A DNA stretch of 61,406 bases, filler included. It is 7 parts of 7 records of this genome, joined end to end, with 100 filler letters (N's around TTAATTAATTAA, not from the genome) between each part and the next. Parts side by side here need not be neighbours in the genome. Positions count along the whole stretch, not along the records: positions 23,165 to 48,177 come from SRR20825010_1985; positions 48,278 to 53,664 come from SRR20825010_1989; 5 more parts are not named here. The stretch is one strand, 5' to 3'. The position numbers and the translations under genes are program-made. This document shows, in pieces, positions 37,929-48,467 of this stretch. The notes beneath the pieces were generated by a model. The model ran no database searches. It was not told the DNA's origin and saw nothing but the letters and a program-made list of their open reading frames with translations. Numbering within the stretch: the stretch's first letter is position 1; each line of letters begins with the position of its first letter.

Positions 37929-39590
37929 ATGCCTCGCAGTCGTCTCGGTCCGCTCGCCATTGAATCCCCGCTGGGTCCCGATCCGTCGGCGAGGGACGCG
38001 CGTGTTTGGCGTGCTGTGCACATCAAAATGCGAAAAGCGGTGGCCGTTCGCGTCTTCCAAATGCCATTTGGCGGAACGCAAGAATCGCGACAGGCTTTCG
38101 CGGAAGAATGGGATCGCCTCAAACGGCTTGATCATCCAGCGATCGTCAAATGCTACGGCGGCGGCTTTGAAGAGTCAGAAGCCTACCTGGCTCATGAGTT
38201 GGTCGAAGGATCCACTTTGGCCGAAGAGATCCAGCGTCGAGGTCGATTGCCTTGGGAATCGGTTCTAGAACTTGCGGAACCTCTGATCGATGCGTTGATG
38301 TATCTGCACGACCGCGACATCGTTCACGGAAGAATCACCCCTGACAAAGTCATCATCGCTGGGCTGAGTCCGGTCTTGATCGATGTTCGCGACGTCGACG
38401 GAACGCCTCCCTTTCGAAGCGGTCCGTACCACGTTTCGCGTCCACCATCGATCGGCCAAATGATGCGGTCGGCTCCGGAGGCCCCCACGCCAAACGATCC
38501 GGTGACCGCCCGCACCGACCTCTATCTGTTCGGTGCGTTGCTATACGAAGCACTCACAGGTGCCCCGCCGATCACTGGTTCCACCGTTCAAGAAGTCACC
38601 AGCAACCTGAAATATCAGTCGCCAACTTCCGTGGCTTCCACCGTGATGGAATGCCCCGTGTGGATGGATCGATTGGTAATGCAGTTGCTCAACAAAGATC
38701 CCGGACAACGCCCGGTGTCGGCTGCCGCGGTCAAGCTCCAGCTAGCCGAAGTCCGCAAACGTTCCATGTCTCGCAGTGGTGTCGCCGAGCATGCCTCGAG
38801 TGGTTTCAGTCCGTTGTCGGTGACGGACGATGCGGATCGGAAAGAAGCCCGCAAGCTGCTGGGGCGAAAGGAAATCGAAGCGGAGGTTGATTCGATTCCG
38901 GATGCGACACCGTGGCACGATCAAGCATTGGTGCTGCTACCAATCCTGGCTTTGTTGATCGGCATATTGGTATGGGTCGCTTGGCCAATGAACGAATCAA
39001 AGATGCGAAACGAAGCAGAGGAGTTGCTAGCACAAGACACACGCTCGTCGATGTCGCAAGCTCGCATCAGTTACCTGGAACCAATGTTGGCTCAATTCCC
39101 GGATGGAGAACACTCCGAATGGGCGGCCGAACAAATTGACCGCGTGCGAATGGTCGAGGCTGAGCATGCTTTGACAGTCAAGATGAATCGCAACTTGCCT
39201 CTCCAGAACGAAGCCGAACGCCTGGTTGCCGAGGCCATGCGGTATGAAACGTTCGGAGACAATGCCACCGCAGTCGACAAATACCAATCGATGATCACGG
39301 TGCTCGGAGACGAAGAACAATACAAACCATTGGTCAATCTCGCCCGCAACCGCATTGCGCAGATCTCACAGGCGGACACCAACCAAACCGAAGCCGCCCG
39401 GATCATCACGGACCGGCTGAAAGAAGCCGACCGTATGTTCGTCGAAGGGCGAACCATCGCGGCGCGGAAGATCTGGTACAGCATCGAAGAACTGTATGGG
39501 TCCAATGCGGCTGTCGAACCGCTCGTTGCCACCGCACAAAGTCGATTAGCGGAAACATCTGCCGGTGCCGCCGTCGACAAACTTCCTTAG
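37929..39590 (+). CDS. membrane-spanning Ser/Thr kinase-like protein (probable pseudokinase)
   Basis: Kinase fold visible (LDHPAIV, ELVEGSTL, APE, DLYLFGALLYEALTG, DPGQRP) but the catalytic motifs are altered. One TM segment and a helical C-terminal domain follow. Confidence 0.82.
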   Translation: MPRSRLGPLAIESPLGPDPSARDARVWRAVHIKMRKAVAVRVFQMPFGGTQESRQAFAEEWDRLKRLDHPAIVKCYGGGFEESEAYLAHELVEGSTLAEEIQRRGRLPWESVLELAEPLIDALMYLHDRDIVHGRITPDKVIIAGLSPVLIDVRDVDGTPPFRSGPYHVSRPPSIGQMMRSAPEAPTPNDPVTARTDLYLFGALLYEALTGAPPITGSTVQEVTSNLKYQSPTSVASTVMECPVWMDRLVMQLLNKDPGQRPVSAAAVKLQLAEVRKRSMSRSGVAEHASSGFSPLSVTDDADRKEARKLLGRKEIEAEVDSIPDATPWHDQALVLLPILALLIGILVWVAWPMNESKMRNEAEELLAQDTRSSMSQARISYLEPMLAQFPDGEHSEWAAEQIDRVRMVEAEHALTVKMNRNLPLQNEAERLVAEAMRYETFGDNATAVDKYQSMITVLGDEEQYKPLVNLARNRIAQISQADTNQTEAARIITDRLKEADRMFVEGRTIAARKIWYSIEELYGSNAAVEPLVATAQSRLAETSAGAAVDKLP

Positions 39591-39603
39591 CGAGATCGTC
39601 TGG

Positions 39604-39978
39604 ATGACTTCCGCCGAAGCGAACCTGGAACTCCCCCCGCCGAACGAAGGCGTTGACTCGTCAGCGGAACAAACGCATGGCGTCACCGATAGTGTTCACC
39701 GTTCGATCGTCATTCAGCCAGGAACGGTTGCACCGGCGTACTTGAAAGGCACCAATGACGACGATGCGGCCCAGTGGTCGAATCGTCCCGTGGCAACATT
39801 GACAGTCTTGTTTTTTGTGACCGGTGCCTTCGGGATACCGCTGTTGTGGCGAAACCCAAATTTTTCTGCTTGGCAACGAATCATCTGGTCAATTGTGGTG
39901 CTGATCTACACGATTGCACTCTTCGCAGGAGTCGGAATGCTGGTGCTACACACTCTCGCTCCCACGCAGGGCAACTGA
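39604..39978 (+). CDS. small hypothetical membrane protein
   Basis: Two hydrophobic segments (LFFVTGAFGIPLLW..P.FS). It fits between co-oriented genes. Confidence 0.65.
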   Translation: MTSAEANLELPPPNEGVDSSAEQTHGVTDSVHRSIVIQPGTVAPAYLKGTNDDDAAQWSNRPVATLTVLFFVTGAFGIPLLWRNPNFSAWQRIIWSIVVLIYTIALFAGVGMLVLHTLAPTQGN

Positions 39979-39981
39979 CCA

Positions 39982-42564
39982 ATGTGGCAAGCGTGGTACG
40001 AATATCGCATCGACTACGCTTTGTTCACCATCGTGTTCTTAGTCGGGCACTCCTCCATCCTTTCGCGCGTCCGACGGGCAATGCCGCCGCCTTCCACGAC
40101 GCACCCGGAAACATCCACCTCTCCCGAAGCGATTGGTTCCGGCTTGCGGACGAGGCTGTCATTCTGCATTCTCGTCTTGTTGCTGATCGGTGGTTTCATA
40201 GCGGTCGAAACCGCGGACCGTGTCCAGCGATCGCGAATGCGACAACAAGTTTTCGGAATTGCACCAACCTATGCGGCCGAGTTGCAACAGCTTGGGCATG
40301 CGAACATCGACGAGCAAACATCGCCGGATGATCCGCAATACCTTCGCATGATTGAGGCTCAGAAACGTTGGTTATCGGTCAATCCACAAGTCACCGACAT
40401 CTACACCATGCGGCGGGTCACAGAGTTGGATTTGTCCACCCGTCCGTTGCCCGATCGCGAAAACAACAACGGACATCTCTACAAAATCATCGTCGACTCA
40501 GAGACCGACTATAGCGGCGATGGAAGGATTGAAGGCGTTCGAGAAAGTCGCACTGAGATCGGCGAGATTTTTTCTGACAGCAGCGTCGAGCAAATCGAAC
40601 AAGCTTTCCGCGGAGTGACAACTTTTGCCAATCAACCCAGTCGAGACCGATGGGGGAAATGGGTTTCCGCTTACGCGCCTCTATTTGATGCCGATGGGAA
40701 GGTTGAGTCGTTGGTCGGAGTCGATTTCCCCGCCGAAAACTACATCCATTCGATCATCCTGACCCGGCTCGGTGCGATGGGAATCATTGCCGCACTCATC
40801 ACTCTGTTTTTGGGTGCAGTCACCAGCATTGGAATGCTGAAGGCTGGAATCGTTGCCCAACAGCGCAGCCACGCTCTGTTACAAGACCAGCGTGATTTGG
40901 CCACCCAGGCCGCCGCGCAAGCCCGGCAAGCGGCCATCATCAAGAATCAATTCCTGGCCAACATGAGCCACGAAATCCGAACGCCCATGCACGGCATTTT
41001 GGGAACCGCCGAACTGATGACCCGCAGTTCGCTCGATGAGCAACAGCGACACTACATGTATATGATTCAGACCTCGGCAAAAGGTCTGCTCACCGTACTG
41101 AACGACATCCTCGATTTCTCGAAGGTCGATTCAGGACAGATGACGTTGGAATCGGTTCCGTTTGAGTTGAAGGATCTTCTCAGCCAAACGATGCACGCCG
41201 TTGTGAATCTCAAGAACGAAGAGGTCGATCTGCAATTCCAACCGCCCGTCGGAGTCCCCGAAATCATTGTCGGTGACCCCACACGACTCCGTCAGGTCCT
41301 GATCAATCTGGTCGGAAACGCTCTGAAGTTCACCGAACAGGGCCGAGTCACTGTAACCGTCGAGAACGAAACGCGAGACGCGACGACGTTGGACACATCG
41401 GATTCGAAAGGATCTCGCATCGCATTCACGATCACCGACACCGGTATCGGCATGACGCAGCAACAGCAGGCCAAGATCTTTGAGGCATTCACTCAAGGCG
41501 ACTCATCCACGACGCGACGGTTCGGCGGAACCGGATTGGGTTTATCAATCAGTTCGCAATTGGTGGAGTTGATGGGTGGACGTCTGCAGGTCAGCAGTGT
41601 TCCAAACGAAGGCAGCAGCTTTCGCTTCGACATCCCGTTGCGGACAACCAATGGGGTGGAGCCTCACGAGATTGCGAAGACACAGCCGCTCGAGACGTCC
41701 ACCAAGTCATTTGGTCAGTGCGACCAACCGCGTGAACTATTGCTAGTTGAAGACGGTGCCATCAACCGCACCGTCGCGGAAACCATGCTGCGTTCGAGAG
41801 GTCATCGTGTGACATCCGTTTCCAATGCGAAAGACGCAATCGAACAACTCCGATTGCATTCATTCGACCTGGTTCTGATGGACGTGCAAATGCCTGAAAT
41901 TGACGGTTTGACGGCGACTCAGATCATTCGAAACGACTTGCCTGCTCCGGCCAGCGAGGTTCCCATTGTCGCATTGACCGCCCATGCAATGCGTGAAGAC
42001 CGACAACGATGCTTGGACGCGGGGATGAATGATTGCCTTACAAAGCCCTATCCGCCGGAGGTTTTGTTTGAAACAATCGAATCGTTCGCCACTCATACCG
42101 ATAACCAAGATGACTTGGTTTCTTCGCCTCAATCAATCGAAAAGTCACCTTCAACCAATGTTGACGAACCGTCGGCCGAACCATTGAACCGCGAGGTGAT
42201 CCTTCACAATGTTGGCGGTGATTTGCAGGTGCTCGCCATGTTGGTCCAAACCATCACGGATGAATTGCCACCACAAATGCAAAGGCTTCAACAAGCCATC
42301 GAAGTGGGCGATTCAACTCAAATTGCACGAGCCGCACACACGTTAAAAGGAACCGCTTCGGCAATCGGTGCGACGCGGGCTCAAGAAATCGCTGACAGGT
42401 TGGAAACCTTTTCTTCTGGGGAAACGTCTCAAGAGAAGTCCTCGCATTTTTTCAACAATCAGATGAAAGCACTCGCTAGTGCCTTCGATTTGGCCCAAAC
42501 TGAACTGAAGAAGTTTCTGCGTTCTTCATCCGGAAGAGAAAACCCCGGAAACGAAACACTATGA
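39982..42564 (+). CDS. hybrid sensor histidine kinase (TM sensor-HisKA-HATPase-REC-Hpt)
   Basis: [49 protein letters not shown]; Hpt AAHTLKG. Confidence 0.95.
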   Translation: MWQAWYEYRIDYALFTIVFLVGHSSILSRVRRAMPPPSTTHPETSTSPEAIGSGLRTRLSFCILVLLLIGGFIAVETADRVQRSRMRQQVFGIAPTYAAELQQLGHANIDEQTSPDDPQYLRMIEAQKRWLSVNPQVTDIYTMRRVTELDLSTRPLPDRENNNGHLYKIIVDSETDYSGDGRIEGVRESRTEIGEIFSDSSVEQIEQAFRGVTTFANQPSRDRWGKWVSAYAPLFDADGKVESLVGVDFPAENYIHSIILTRLGAMGIIAALITLFLGAVTSIGMLKAGIVAQQRSHALLQDQRDLATQAAAQARQAAIIKNQFLANMSHEIRTPMHGILGTAELMTRSSLDEQQRHYMYMIQTSAKGLLTVLNDILDFSKVDSGQMTLESVPFELKDLLSQTMHAVVNLKNEEVDLQFQPPVGVPEIIVGDPTRLRQVLINLVGNALKFTEQGRVTVTVENETRDATTLDTSDSKGSRIAFTITDTGIGMTQQQQAKIFEAFTQGDSSTTRRFGGTGLGLSISSQLVELMGGRLQVSSVPNEGSSFRFDIPLRTTNGVEPHEIAKTQPLETSTKSFGQCDQPRELLLVEDGAINRTVAETMLRSRGHRVTSVSNAKDAIEQLRLHSFDLVLMDVQMPEIDGLTATQIIRNDLPAPASEVPIVALTAHAMREDRQRCLDAGMNDCLTKPYPPEVLFETIESFATHTDNQDDLVSSPQSIEKSPSTNVDEPSAEPLNREVILHNVGGDLQVLAMLVQTITDELPPQMQRLQQAIEVGDSTQIARAAHTLKGTASAIGATRAQEIADRLETFSSGETSQEKSSHFFNNQMKALASAFDLAQTELKKFLRSSSGRENPGNETL

Positions 42565-43814
42565 AATTGCTGATCGCTGACGACAATCCAGTTTGGCGAA
42601 ACCTGATTTCGGCGGCTGTCGAAAACTGGGGCTACCGGATCGAGCTGGCTTCGGATGGGAACGAGGCTTATGAGCTTCTTCAGTCCGACGACCCGCCTCG
42701 GTTGGCGTTGCTCGATTGGTTGATGCCGGGGATGGAGGGAGTCGAAATCTGCCGCCGGATCAAACAGGATCCCGAAAACCCATTCACCTATATCATTCTG
42801 CTCACCAGTCGCGATCGCGACGAAGACATGATTCAGGGTTTGGACGCGGGCGCCGACGACTATTTAACAAAACCAATTGTCGCGCCGCTTTTAAAGAGCC
42901 GCCTGACCGCCGCGAGGCGGATTGTCGAAGCCGTTCCACCGATGAAGTGGACGAAACCTCAAATCGAAGGCTTCGACATTGATCATCTGATCGGACGAGG
43001 AGCCTTTGCGACCGTGTGGAAAGGCATGCATCGTGCCTCGGGCAAACCGGCAGCGATCAAGATCATTCGCGCGGACCTGGCAACCGATTTGGTCTTCGAA
43101 CGGTTCGCTCGCGAAATTCAGGTGATGCGAAAAATGGATCATCCGGGAATCGCAACCATCTATGCGAGCCATCTAGAACGCGACCTTGCTTACTACGCGA
43201 TGGAATTGATCGATGGCGAGTCTTTGGCGAATTACATCGCTCGGGAATCTCCCCGTGCGACTCGCATCATCGAGATGATGGCGATGGTTTGCGATGCATT
43301 GCAACACGCGCACGATCATGGTGTGATCCATCGAGACGTCAAACCATCCAACATCATGGTGGGTCCCGACGAACAACCCAAGTTGGTTGATTTTGGATTG
43401 AGCAAATCCATGTTCCGAACCAAATCACCAGTGTCGGCAAACAGCACCCACGATGGCGCTGTCCTGGGTACACCACTTTACATGTCACCGGAACAAGCCC
43501 GCGGTGACGCAAATAGCGTCGATCATCGATCGGACCTTTACGCAGTCGCAACGATGCTTTATCTGTTTCTGCTTCGAGAGCACCCGCACGGTGCACTGTC
43601 GCTGAGCCGCGAAGAAACGATCGATGCGATTGCGAACACCGATCCGCGACCGGCGACCGAAATCAATCCCAAGTTCAACCCGAAACTCGAATCCATCCTG
43701 TCTCGATGTCTGTCCGACGATCCCGAGGAACGCCCCCAGTCCGCGGGCCAATTGGCTCAAGAGCTTCGAGATTTCCTCAACGATCGTGCTGCGCTGCGAA
43801 CGCAAACTCTTTGA
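42561..43814 (+). CDS. response regulator receiver domain fused to a Ser/Thr protein kinase
   Basis: REC: LIADD, LLDWLMPG, LLTS, DDYLTKP. Kinase: IGRGAFATV, AAIK, HRDVKPSN, DFG, GTPLYMSPEQ. ATGA overlap with the kinase gene. Confidence 0.93.
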   Translation: MKLLIADDNPVWRNLISAAVENWGYRIELASDGNEAYELLQSDDPPRLALLDWLMPGMEGVEICRRIKQDPENPFTYIILLTSRDRDEDMIQGLDAGADDYLTKPIVAPLLKSRLTAARRIVEAVPPMKWTKPQIEGFDIDHLIGRGAFATVWKGMHRASGKPAAIKIIRADLATDLVFERFAREIQVMRKMDHPGIATIYASHLERDLAYYAMELIDGESLANYIARESPRATRIIEMMAMVCDALQHAHDHGVIHRDVKPSNIMVGPDEQPKLVDFGLSKSMFRTKSPVSANSTHDGAVLGTPLYMSPEQARGDANSVDHRSDLYAVATMLYLFLLREHPHGALSLSREETIDAIANTDPRPATEINPKFNPKLESILSRCLSDDPEERPQSAGQLAQELRDFLNDRAALRTQTL

Positions 43815-43820
43815 TCTGCC

Positions 43821-44504
43821 ATGCCTCGACTTGATGCCCGCCTCAAACTGGTTGCGGCAGAAATCCGAGGGAAGACCCACGCCGACATTGGATCGGATCA
43901 TGGGCATCTGCTTGCCGCTCTGCTGTCAGCCGACCGAATCGAGCGAGGCATCGCGGTGGAGAACAAACTGCAACCGTATCGGAATTCCTCCGCCACGTTG
44001 GAACGATTCAACGCGGAAGTTCGACTCGGCGATGGAATGGACGTCATCGAGGAAAATGAGATTGATTCACTGAGCATTTGTGGCATGGGCGGTCAATCCA
44101 TTGTTCGCATTCTCAGTGAGCATCCGAACCGACTGCCCAAACAGATCGTTTTACAACCCAATAAAGCGATCGCCTCGGTCCGGCAATGGGCAAGAGACAA
44201 CGGCTATTGGCTAACGGATGAAAAGTGCACCGGCACCAAACGGCGTTTTGAAGTGTTGGTTTTTTCGCGGTTTGGACCACCACATGATCCGGTCTATCAG
44301 AAGCTAAACGCGGTCGGCTTGGATGAGTCCATCGGCCTGATGTTTGGGCCGTGGTTTCTGTTGCGAAAGGACGAACGGTTGTTGCAGCGATTGGCGGAGG
44401 AACAACGCTATCTGCAATCAAAACAAAATCTCACCCAAACGAGTCGTGCGAGGGTGGAAACCATCCGCCGACTTCTATCTTCGGATCACTTCCTAAGTCG
44501 ATAG
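43821..44504 (+). CDS. trmK: tRNA (adenine22-N1)-methyltransferase
   Basis: ADIGSDHGHL, RLGDG, ICGMGG..I..IL and LQPN motifs. Confidence 0.85.
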   Translation: MPRLDARLKLVAAEIRGKTHADIGSDHGHLLAALLSADRIERGIAVENKLQPYRNSSATLERFNAEVRLGDGMDVIEENEIDSLSICGMGGQSIVRILSEHPNRLPKQIVLQPNKAIASVRQWARDNGYWLTDEKCTGTKRRFEVLVFSRFGPPHDPVYQKLNAVGLDESIGLMFGPWFLLRKDERLLQRLAEEQRYLQSKQNLTQTSRARVETIRRLLSSDHFLSR

Positions 44505-44869
44505 CCGATCTCGGCAAGTTTCTGCCGAACTCGTTCCACGTGGTCGCCCTGCAGTTCGATGAAGTCGTCCGCCTTCTTCACCGTCCCACCCGCACCGCAT
44601 GCAGATTGCAGCTTTCCAAGCAATTCGGGTAAATCATTCGCCCGGGACGTCAAACCTTCGACCAGCGTGACGGTTCGGCCACCTTTACGTCGATCCAATC
44701 GAACACGTGCGGTTTGCTTTTCCGGCGGCAATCGGTCGGCTTCCCGTTGCTGTTGCGCCTCGGCTTCAGCCTTTTGCTGGGGCGTGCATTTGCATTCGGA
44801 TTCCTTCTGACCGCACAAATCGCAGGTCGGAGGAATATCAAACGGTGTTCCTGCGAAGAGACGCGTCAT
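44486..44869 (-). CDS. yciH: SUI1/YciH translation initiation factor family protein
   Basis: RKGGRTVTLVEG, LQSACGAGGTVK and IELQGDH, with an N-terminal CxxC..CxC. Confidence 0.9.
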   Translation of the reverse strand: MTRLFAGTPFDIPPTCDLCGQKESECKCTPQQKAEAEAQQQREADRLPPEKQTARVRLDRRKGGRTVTLVEGLTSRANDLPELLGKLQSACGAGGTVKKADDFIELQGDHVERVRQKLAEIGYRLRK

Positions 44870-44896
44870 GACGTCGAAGGGGGCAAAAGGATCGAA

Positions 44897-46594
44897 TCAA
44901 TGACTCACGAGAGATCGCTTTCGAGCAGCCATCGGGTGTCGTGAGAACGGTTGGTGATGATCCATCCCAACGACGTTCAATTCAATCCCTTCACGAGCGA
45001 ATTCGCCTTCGAGTTCGTGCAATTTTTCCATCACACTGTGATCGATCAAGTGAACTTCGCTGAAATCGACGGTGCAGTTCTTGCCTTGTTTGAGACTCTT
45101 TTCGACAACCTGACGCCGAAAACCAATCCAGTTGCTGAACACAGCCGAATCGCCTGCATGAACATTGACTTCCGTTTCGGACGTTTCGTCGAATTGCAAC
45201 GTCGGCACAAACAACGATCGCAAAGGAACTCCATTGATCATGTGAATGGCAAACTTGGTCGCAATACCGATCGCAATTCCGATCAACAGATCCGTGGCGA
45301 GGACGGCAACCAATGTCGTCGCGAAAATGATCAATTGTTCGCGGCCAACACGATACACACTTCGGAATTCACTGGGCGATGCCAAACGAAAGCCGGTGAA
45401 GACCAACATCGCGGCCAACGCCGCTCGCGGAATGTTGTGGATCAAACCAGGCAACAAAGCGACGAATCCCAATAAGAAGACTCCGTGCCACATATTCGCG
45501 AATCGAGTCTTGGCTTGATTGTCAATGTTGGCTTTGCTCCGCACGATCTCTGAGATCATGGGAAGGCCGCCGATTAACGACGCCGCCATGTTTCCGACAC
45601 CAACCGCCCAAAGGTCTCGGTCCAGATTGGTTTTTCGTTTGTGGGGATCTAACATGTCGACTGCTTTAGCGCTGAGCAACGATTCCAGTGAACCAATCAA
45701 CGCAAACATCAGCACCCAGCCCAGAGCAGCGGGAAGTGTTTCGCTGTTGAGGAAGACACCAAAATCAGGAAACGTGATCGCACCAAACAGGTTGAAAGGC
45801 ACAGTCACCAAGTCGCTTTCGCCCACCGTGAATTCTTTTCCCATCAGAGTGTAGGTGTGGTCGCTGCTCAGATTCATCGCCATTCCCATCGGGATTGCGA
45901 CCAACAGAACCACCAACGGACCAGGGATCTTGTTGATGAAGCCGTCGCTGGTACGACTTTTTAGAAATGCCAACCCAAACAGGATCAGCAGTGACACACC
46001 GCCAATCAATGCGATCTCGGGATTCGCATTCATCAAGAGGTGCGGTAGCTCTTGCAAGATTTCAAGCGGTTCGCCGCTGGCGGACTGGCCGACAACGATG
46101 GGCAGTTGTTTGACCATGATGATGACGCCAATCGCCGCCAACATTCCGTGGACGGCTGCCGTCGGGAAGAAGTCACCGAGAATGCCAGCTCGTAGCAAGC
46201 CGAATGCGATCTGAACCAAACCGGCCACAACACCGACGGCGAGCGCCATTTTGTACGCTTGCATGTCTGCGACGGGGTCCACTCCGGCGGTGTAGCCGAA
46301 GCTATTCACGGCACCCAGTACGATCACGATCATCCCAGCCGCGGGACCTTTGATGGTGAGCTCGCTGTTGCTCAAAAAGGTCGTCAGGATCGAACCGACG
46401 ATCGCGGTGAACACACCGGCAATCGCGGGGAACCCGGAGGCGAGTGAGATCCCCAAACACAGTGGCAGGGCGATCAAAAACACCAAGCCGCCGGCGATCA
46501 AATCGTCTTTCAGAAATCGCTTGAACCCGCTGATGTCACCGCGGGGTGGGGTATCCATGCTGGCGGTCGAAGAATCCGAAGGTGCATTCATCAT
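44897..46594 (-). CDS. SulP/SLC26 family inorganic anion (possibly bicarbonate) transporter
   Basis: [46 protein letters not shown] and a C-terminal STAS-like segment. Confidence 0.92.
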   Translation of the reverse strand: MMNAPSDSSTASMDTPPRGDISGFKRFLKDDLIAGGLVFLIALPLCLGISLASGFPAIAGVFTAIVGSILTTFLSNSELTIKGPAAGMIVIVLGAVNSFGYTAGVDPVADMQAYKMALAVGVVAGLVQIAFGLLRAGILGDFFPTAAVHGMLAAIGVIIMVKQLPIVVGQSASGEPLEILQELPHLLMNANPEIALIGGVSLLILFGLAFLKSRTSDGFINKIPGPLVVLLVAIPMGMAMNLSSDHTYTLMGKEFTVGESDLVTVPFNLFGAITFPDFGVFLNSETLPAALGWVLMFALIGSLESLLSAKAVDMLDPHKRKTNLDRDLWAVGVGNMAASLIGGLPMISEIVRSKANIDNQAKTRFANMWHGVFLLGFVALLPGLIHNIPRAALAAMLVFTGFRLASPSEFRSVYRVGREQLIIFATTLVAVLATDLLIGIAIGIATKFAIHMINGVPLRSLFVPTLQFDETSETEVNVHAGDSAVFSNWIGFRRQVVEKSLKQGKNCTVDFSEVHLIDHSVMEKLHELEGEFAREGIELNVVGMDHHQPFSRHPMAARKRSLVSH

Positions 46595-46654
46595 GAAGTC
46601 GGCATCGCGAATTGAGTGAAAACCTCTGCCATTGCAGAGGCCGACGCACTCAAT

Positions 46655-46670
46655 TGCAGGCGCCGTACCA
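46655..46670 (-). promoter_or_regulatory. putative sigma54 (-24/-12) promoter of the SulP gene
   Basis: Minus strand TGGTACGGCGCCTGCA (GG-N10-GC), about 60 nt upstream of the ATG. Confidence 0.65.
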
Positions 46671-46802
46671 ACCCGACTTGGCATCTGGCATGACCGGTGA
46701 CCGACCGCTCGTTTTGCCAGCGTTTTCCGCGGCGAAACCTATTTCGTTTTTTTGGAAAACGCAGAGAGTTGCCGCTTCGGCTGCACATCCGCGACGTGGA
46801 CG

Positions 46803-46837
46803 TGCAAACGATTGCGTGAAACCTGCAAAGAATTGCA
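46803..46837. promoter_or_regulatory. tandem palindromic enhancer (UAS) sites for a sigma54 activator
   Basis: TGCAAACGATTGCG (46803-46816) and TGCAAAGAATTGCA (46824-46837), with starts 21 bp apart. Confidence 0.6.
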
Positions 46838-46841
46838 CGAT

Positions 46842-48176
46842 TCAGTGCAGACCGTAGCGACCCATTTTGTAGTGGAGTGTCCGGACGCTGACACCGAGCC
46901 GCTTGGCCGTGTTTTCTCGATGAAAATCGCATTCGGCCAGAATGGTCGAGATCATCTCACGTTCGCAGTTTTCGACCGCTTCGCTGAGCGAGGCCGGCAG
47001 CGTCTTGACCCCGCGATCCGTCATGGCCGGCTGCAAATCGGTGGGTAGTTCGTTTGAATCGATCACGTCGCCGGTGTGAGTCACCACCAATCGCTCGACC
47101 AAATTGCGAAGCTGCCGGACGTTCCCCGGCCACTGGGCACCAACCAGCACACGCATGGCATCCGGAGCAATCTGCTTCATCGGGCGACCATGACGCGAAC
47201 AGAAATGTTGAAGGAAGTGTTCAATCAACAAAGGGATGTCATCGCGACGCTGACGAAGCGACGGCACTTCGATCGGAATGACATTCAGTCGATAGTAAAG
47301 ATCCTCCCGAAAGGAACCGTCTTGAATCAACTCGGGCACCGATTTGTTGGTGGCGGAAACCACTCGCACGTCCGTTTCCAGCAACTTCTCTCCGCCGACT
47401 CGCGTGAAACGACGTGACTCCAACACCCTCAGCAAATCCACTTGGCTTTTCGCTGACATCTCCGTCACTTCGTCGAGAAACAAAGTCCCACCGGTCGCTT
47501 GCTCAAAACAGCCTGGCTTTTGCCGCGAAGCGCCGCTGAATGATCCTTTTTCGTGGCCAAACAACTCGCTCTCAAGAAGTGTCTCGGGCATCGCGCCCAG
47601 ATTGACCGCCACGAATGGTCCACCGCTTCGGTCGCTCAGATCATGCAACGCTCGCGCCACCAATTCTTTGCCCGAACCGCTCTCTCCCTGGATCATCACC
47701 GTGGCTTCGGTCGCGGCGACCTGTCGGATTTGATGAAATACGTCCTGCATCGCGGCACACTGACCGATGATGTTTGACAACTCACCGGCGTCGGCCAATC
47801 GAGTTCGCAGAGACTGGTTTTCTTGACGCAGCTCTCGGTGCTCTCGGGCTTTCCGAACCTGTTGCCGAACCAAATTCAAATCGAGCGGTTTGGAGATGAA
47901 ATCAAACGCGCCGGCACGCATCGCATCGACGGCGGTTTCAACTGTGCCGTGGGCGGTGATGACGATGACGGCGACCTCCGGATCGATGTGCCGAATTCGC
48001 CCCAGCAATTCGATCCCGTCCATGCCACCACCCAGCCGAACGTCGGCAATCACCAATTGGTAAACACCTGATTCAAACGTTGCCAAACCTTGTTCAGCGT
48101 CGGCTGCGGTTTCGATTCGATCCGCTTCATTGACCAATCCCTTCTGAAGCCCCGAACGAATGTTGGGTTCATCATC
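46842..48176 (-). CDS. sigma54-dependent response regulator (NtrC/AtoC family), 5' end cut by the spacer
   Basis: REC (DDEP, ADVRL, TAHG, KP), GESGSGKE, ESELFGHEKGSFSGA (GAFTGA variant), LFLDE, FREDLYYRL, WPGNVRQL and a Fis-type HTH. Confidence 0.93.
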   Translation of the reverse strand, partial: DDEPNIRSGLQKGLVNEADRIETAADAEQGLATFESGVYQLVIADVRLGGGMDGIELLGRIRHIDPEVAVIVITAHGTVETAVDAMRAGAFDFISKPLDLNLVRQQVRKAREHRELRQENQSLRTRLADAGELSNIIGQCAAMQDVFHQIRQVAATEATVMIQGESGSGKELVARALHDLSDRSGGPFVAVNLGAMPETLLESELFGHEKGSFSGASRQKPGCFEQATGGTLFLDEVTEMSAKSQVDLLRVLESRRFTRVGGEKLLETDVRVVSATNKSVPELIQDGSFREDLYYRLNVIPIEVPSLRQRRDDIPLLIEHFLQHFCSRHGRPMKQIAPDAMRVLVGAQWPGNVRQLRNLVERLVVTHTGDVIDSNELPTDLQPAMTDRGVKTLPASLSEAVENCEREMISTILAECDFHRENTAKRLGVSVRTLHYKMGRYGLH

Positions 48177-48177
48177 G

Positions 48178-48277
48178 NNNNNNNNNNNNNNNNNNNNNNN
48201 NNNNNNNNNNNNNNNNNNNNNTTAATTAATTAANNNNNNNNNNNNNNNNNNNNNNNNNNNNNNNNNNNNNNNNNNNN
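48178..48277. other. artificial contig spacer
   Basis: N-runs with TTAATTAATTAA at 48222-48233. Confidence 0.98.
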
Positions 48278-48278
48278 T

Positions 48279-48467
48279 ATCGTGCTGCATTGTTCCGGTG
48301 TCCTTATCGAGATGGAGGAAGTGGCTGCTGTCTGCCCGCCCCTGACGGAGGAGGCCAAGGCGCGGATCAATCTTGGCAATCAGGTGTTCAACCATACCCC
48401 GGACAAGATGGACGCAAAGGTGGATCTCGCCCGGCTTAACGATCTTCTGGAAATGGGCGTCGCCTGA
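48279..48467 (+). CDS. nagZ: C-terminal fragment, probably beta-N-acetylhexosaminidase
   Basis: IVLHCSG..EM..VA...P.L resembles the alphaproteobacterial NagZ C-terminus. The position before scpAB fits the usual gene order. Confidence 0.6.
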   Translation: MVLHCSGVLIEMEEVAAVCPPLTEEAKARINLGNQVFNHTPDKMDAKVDLARLNDLLEMGVA

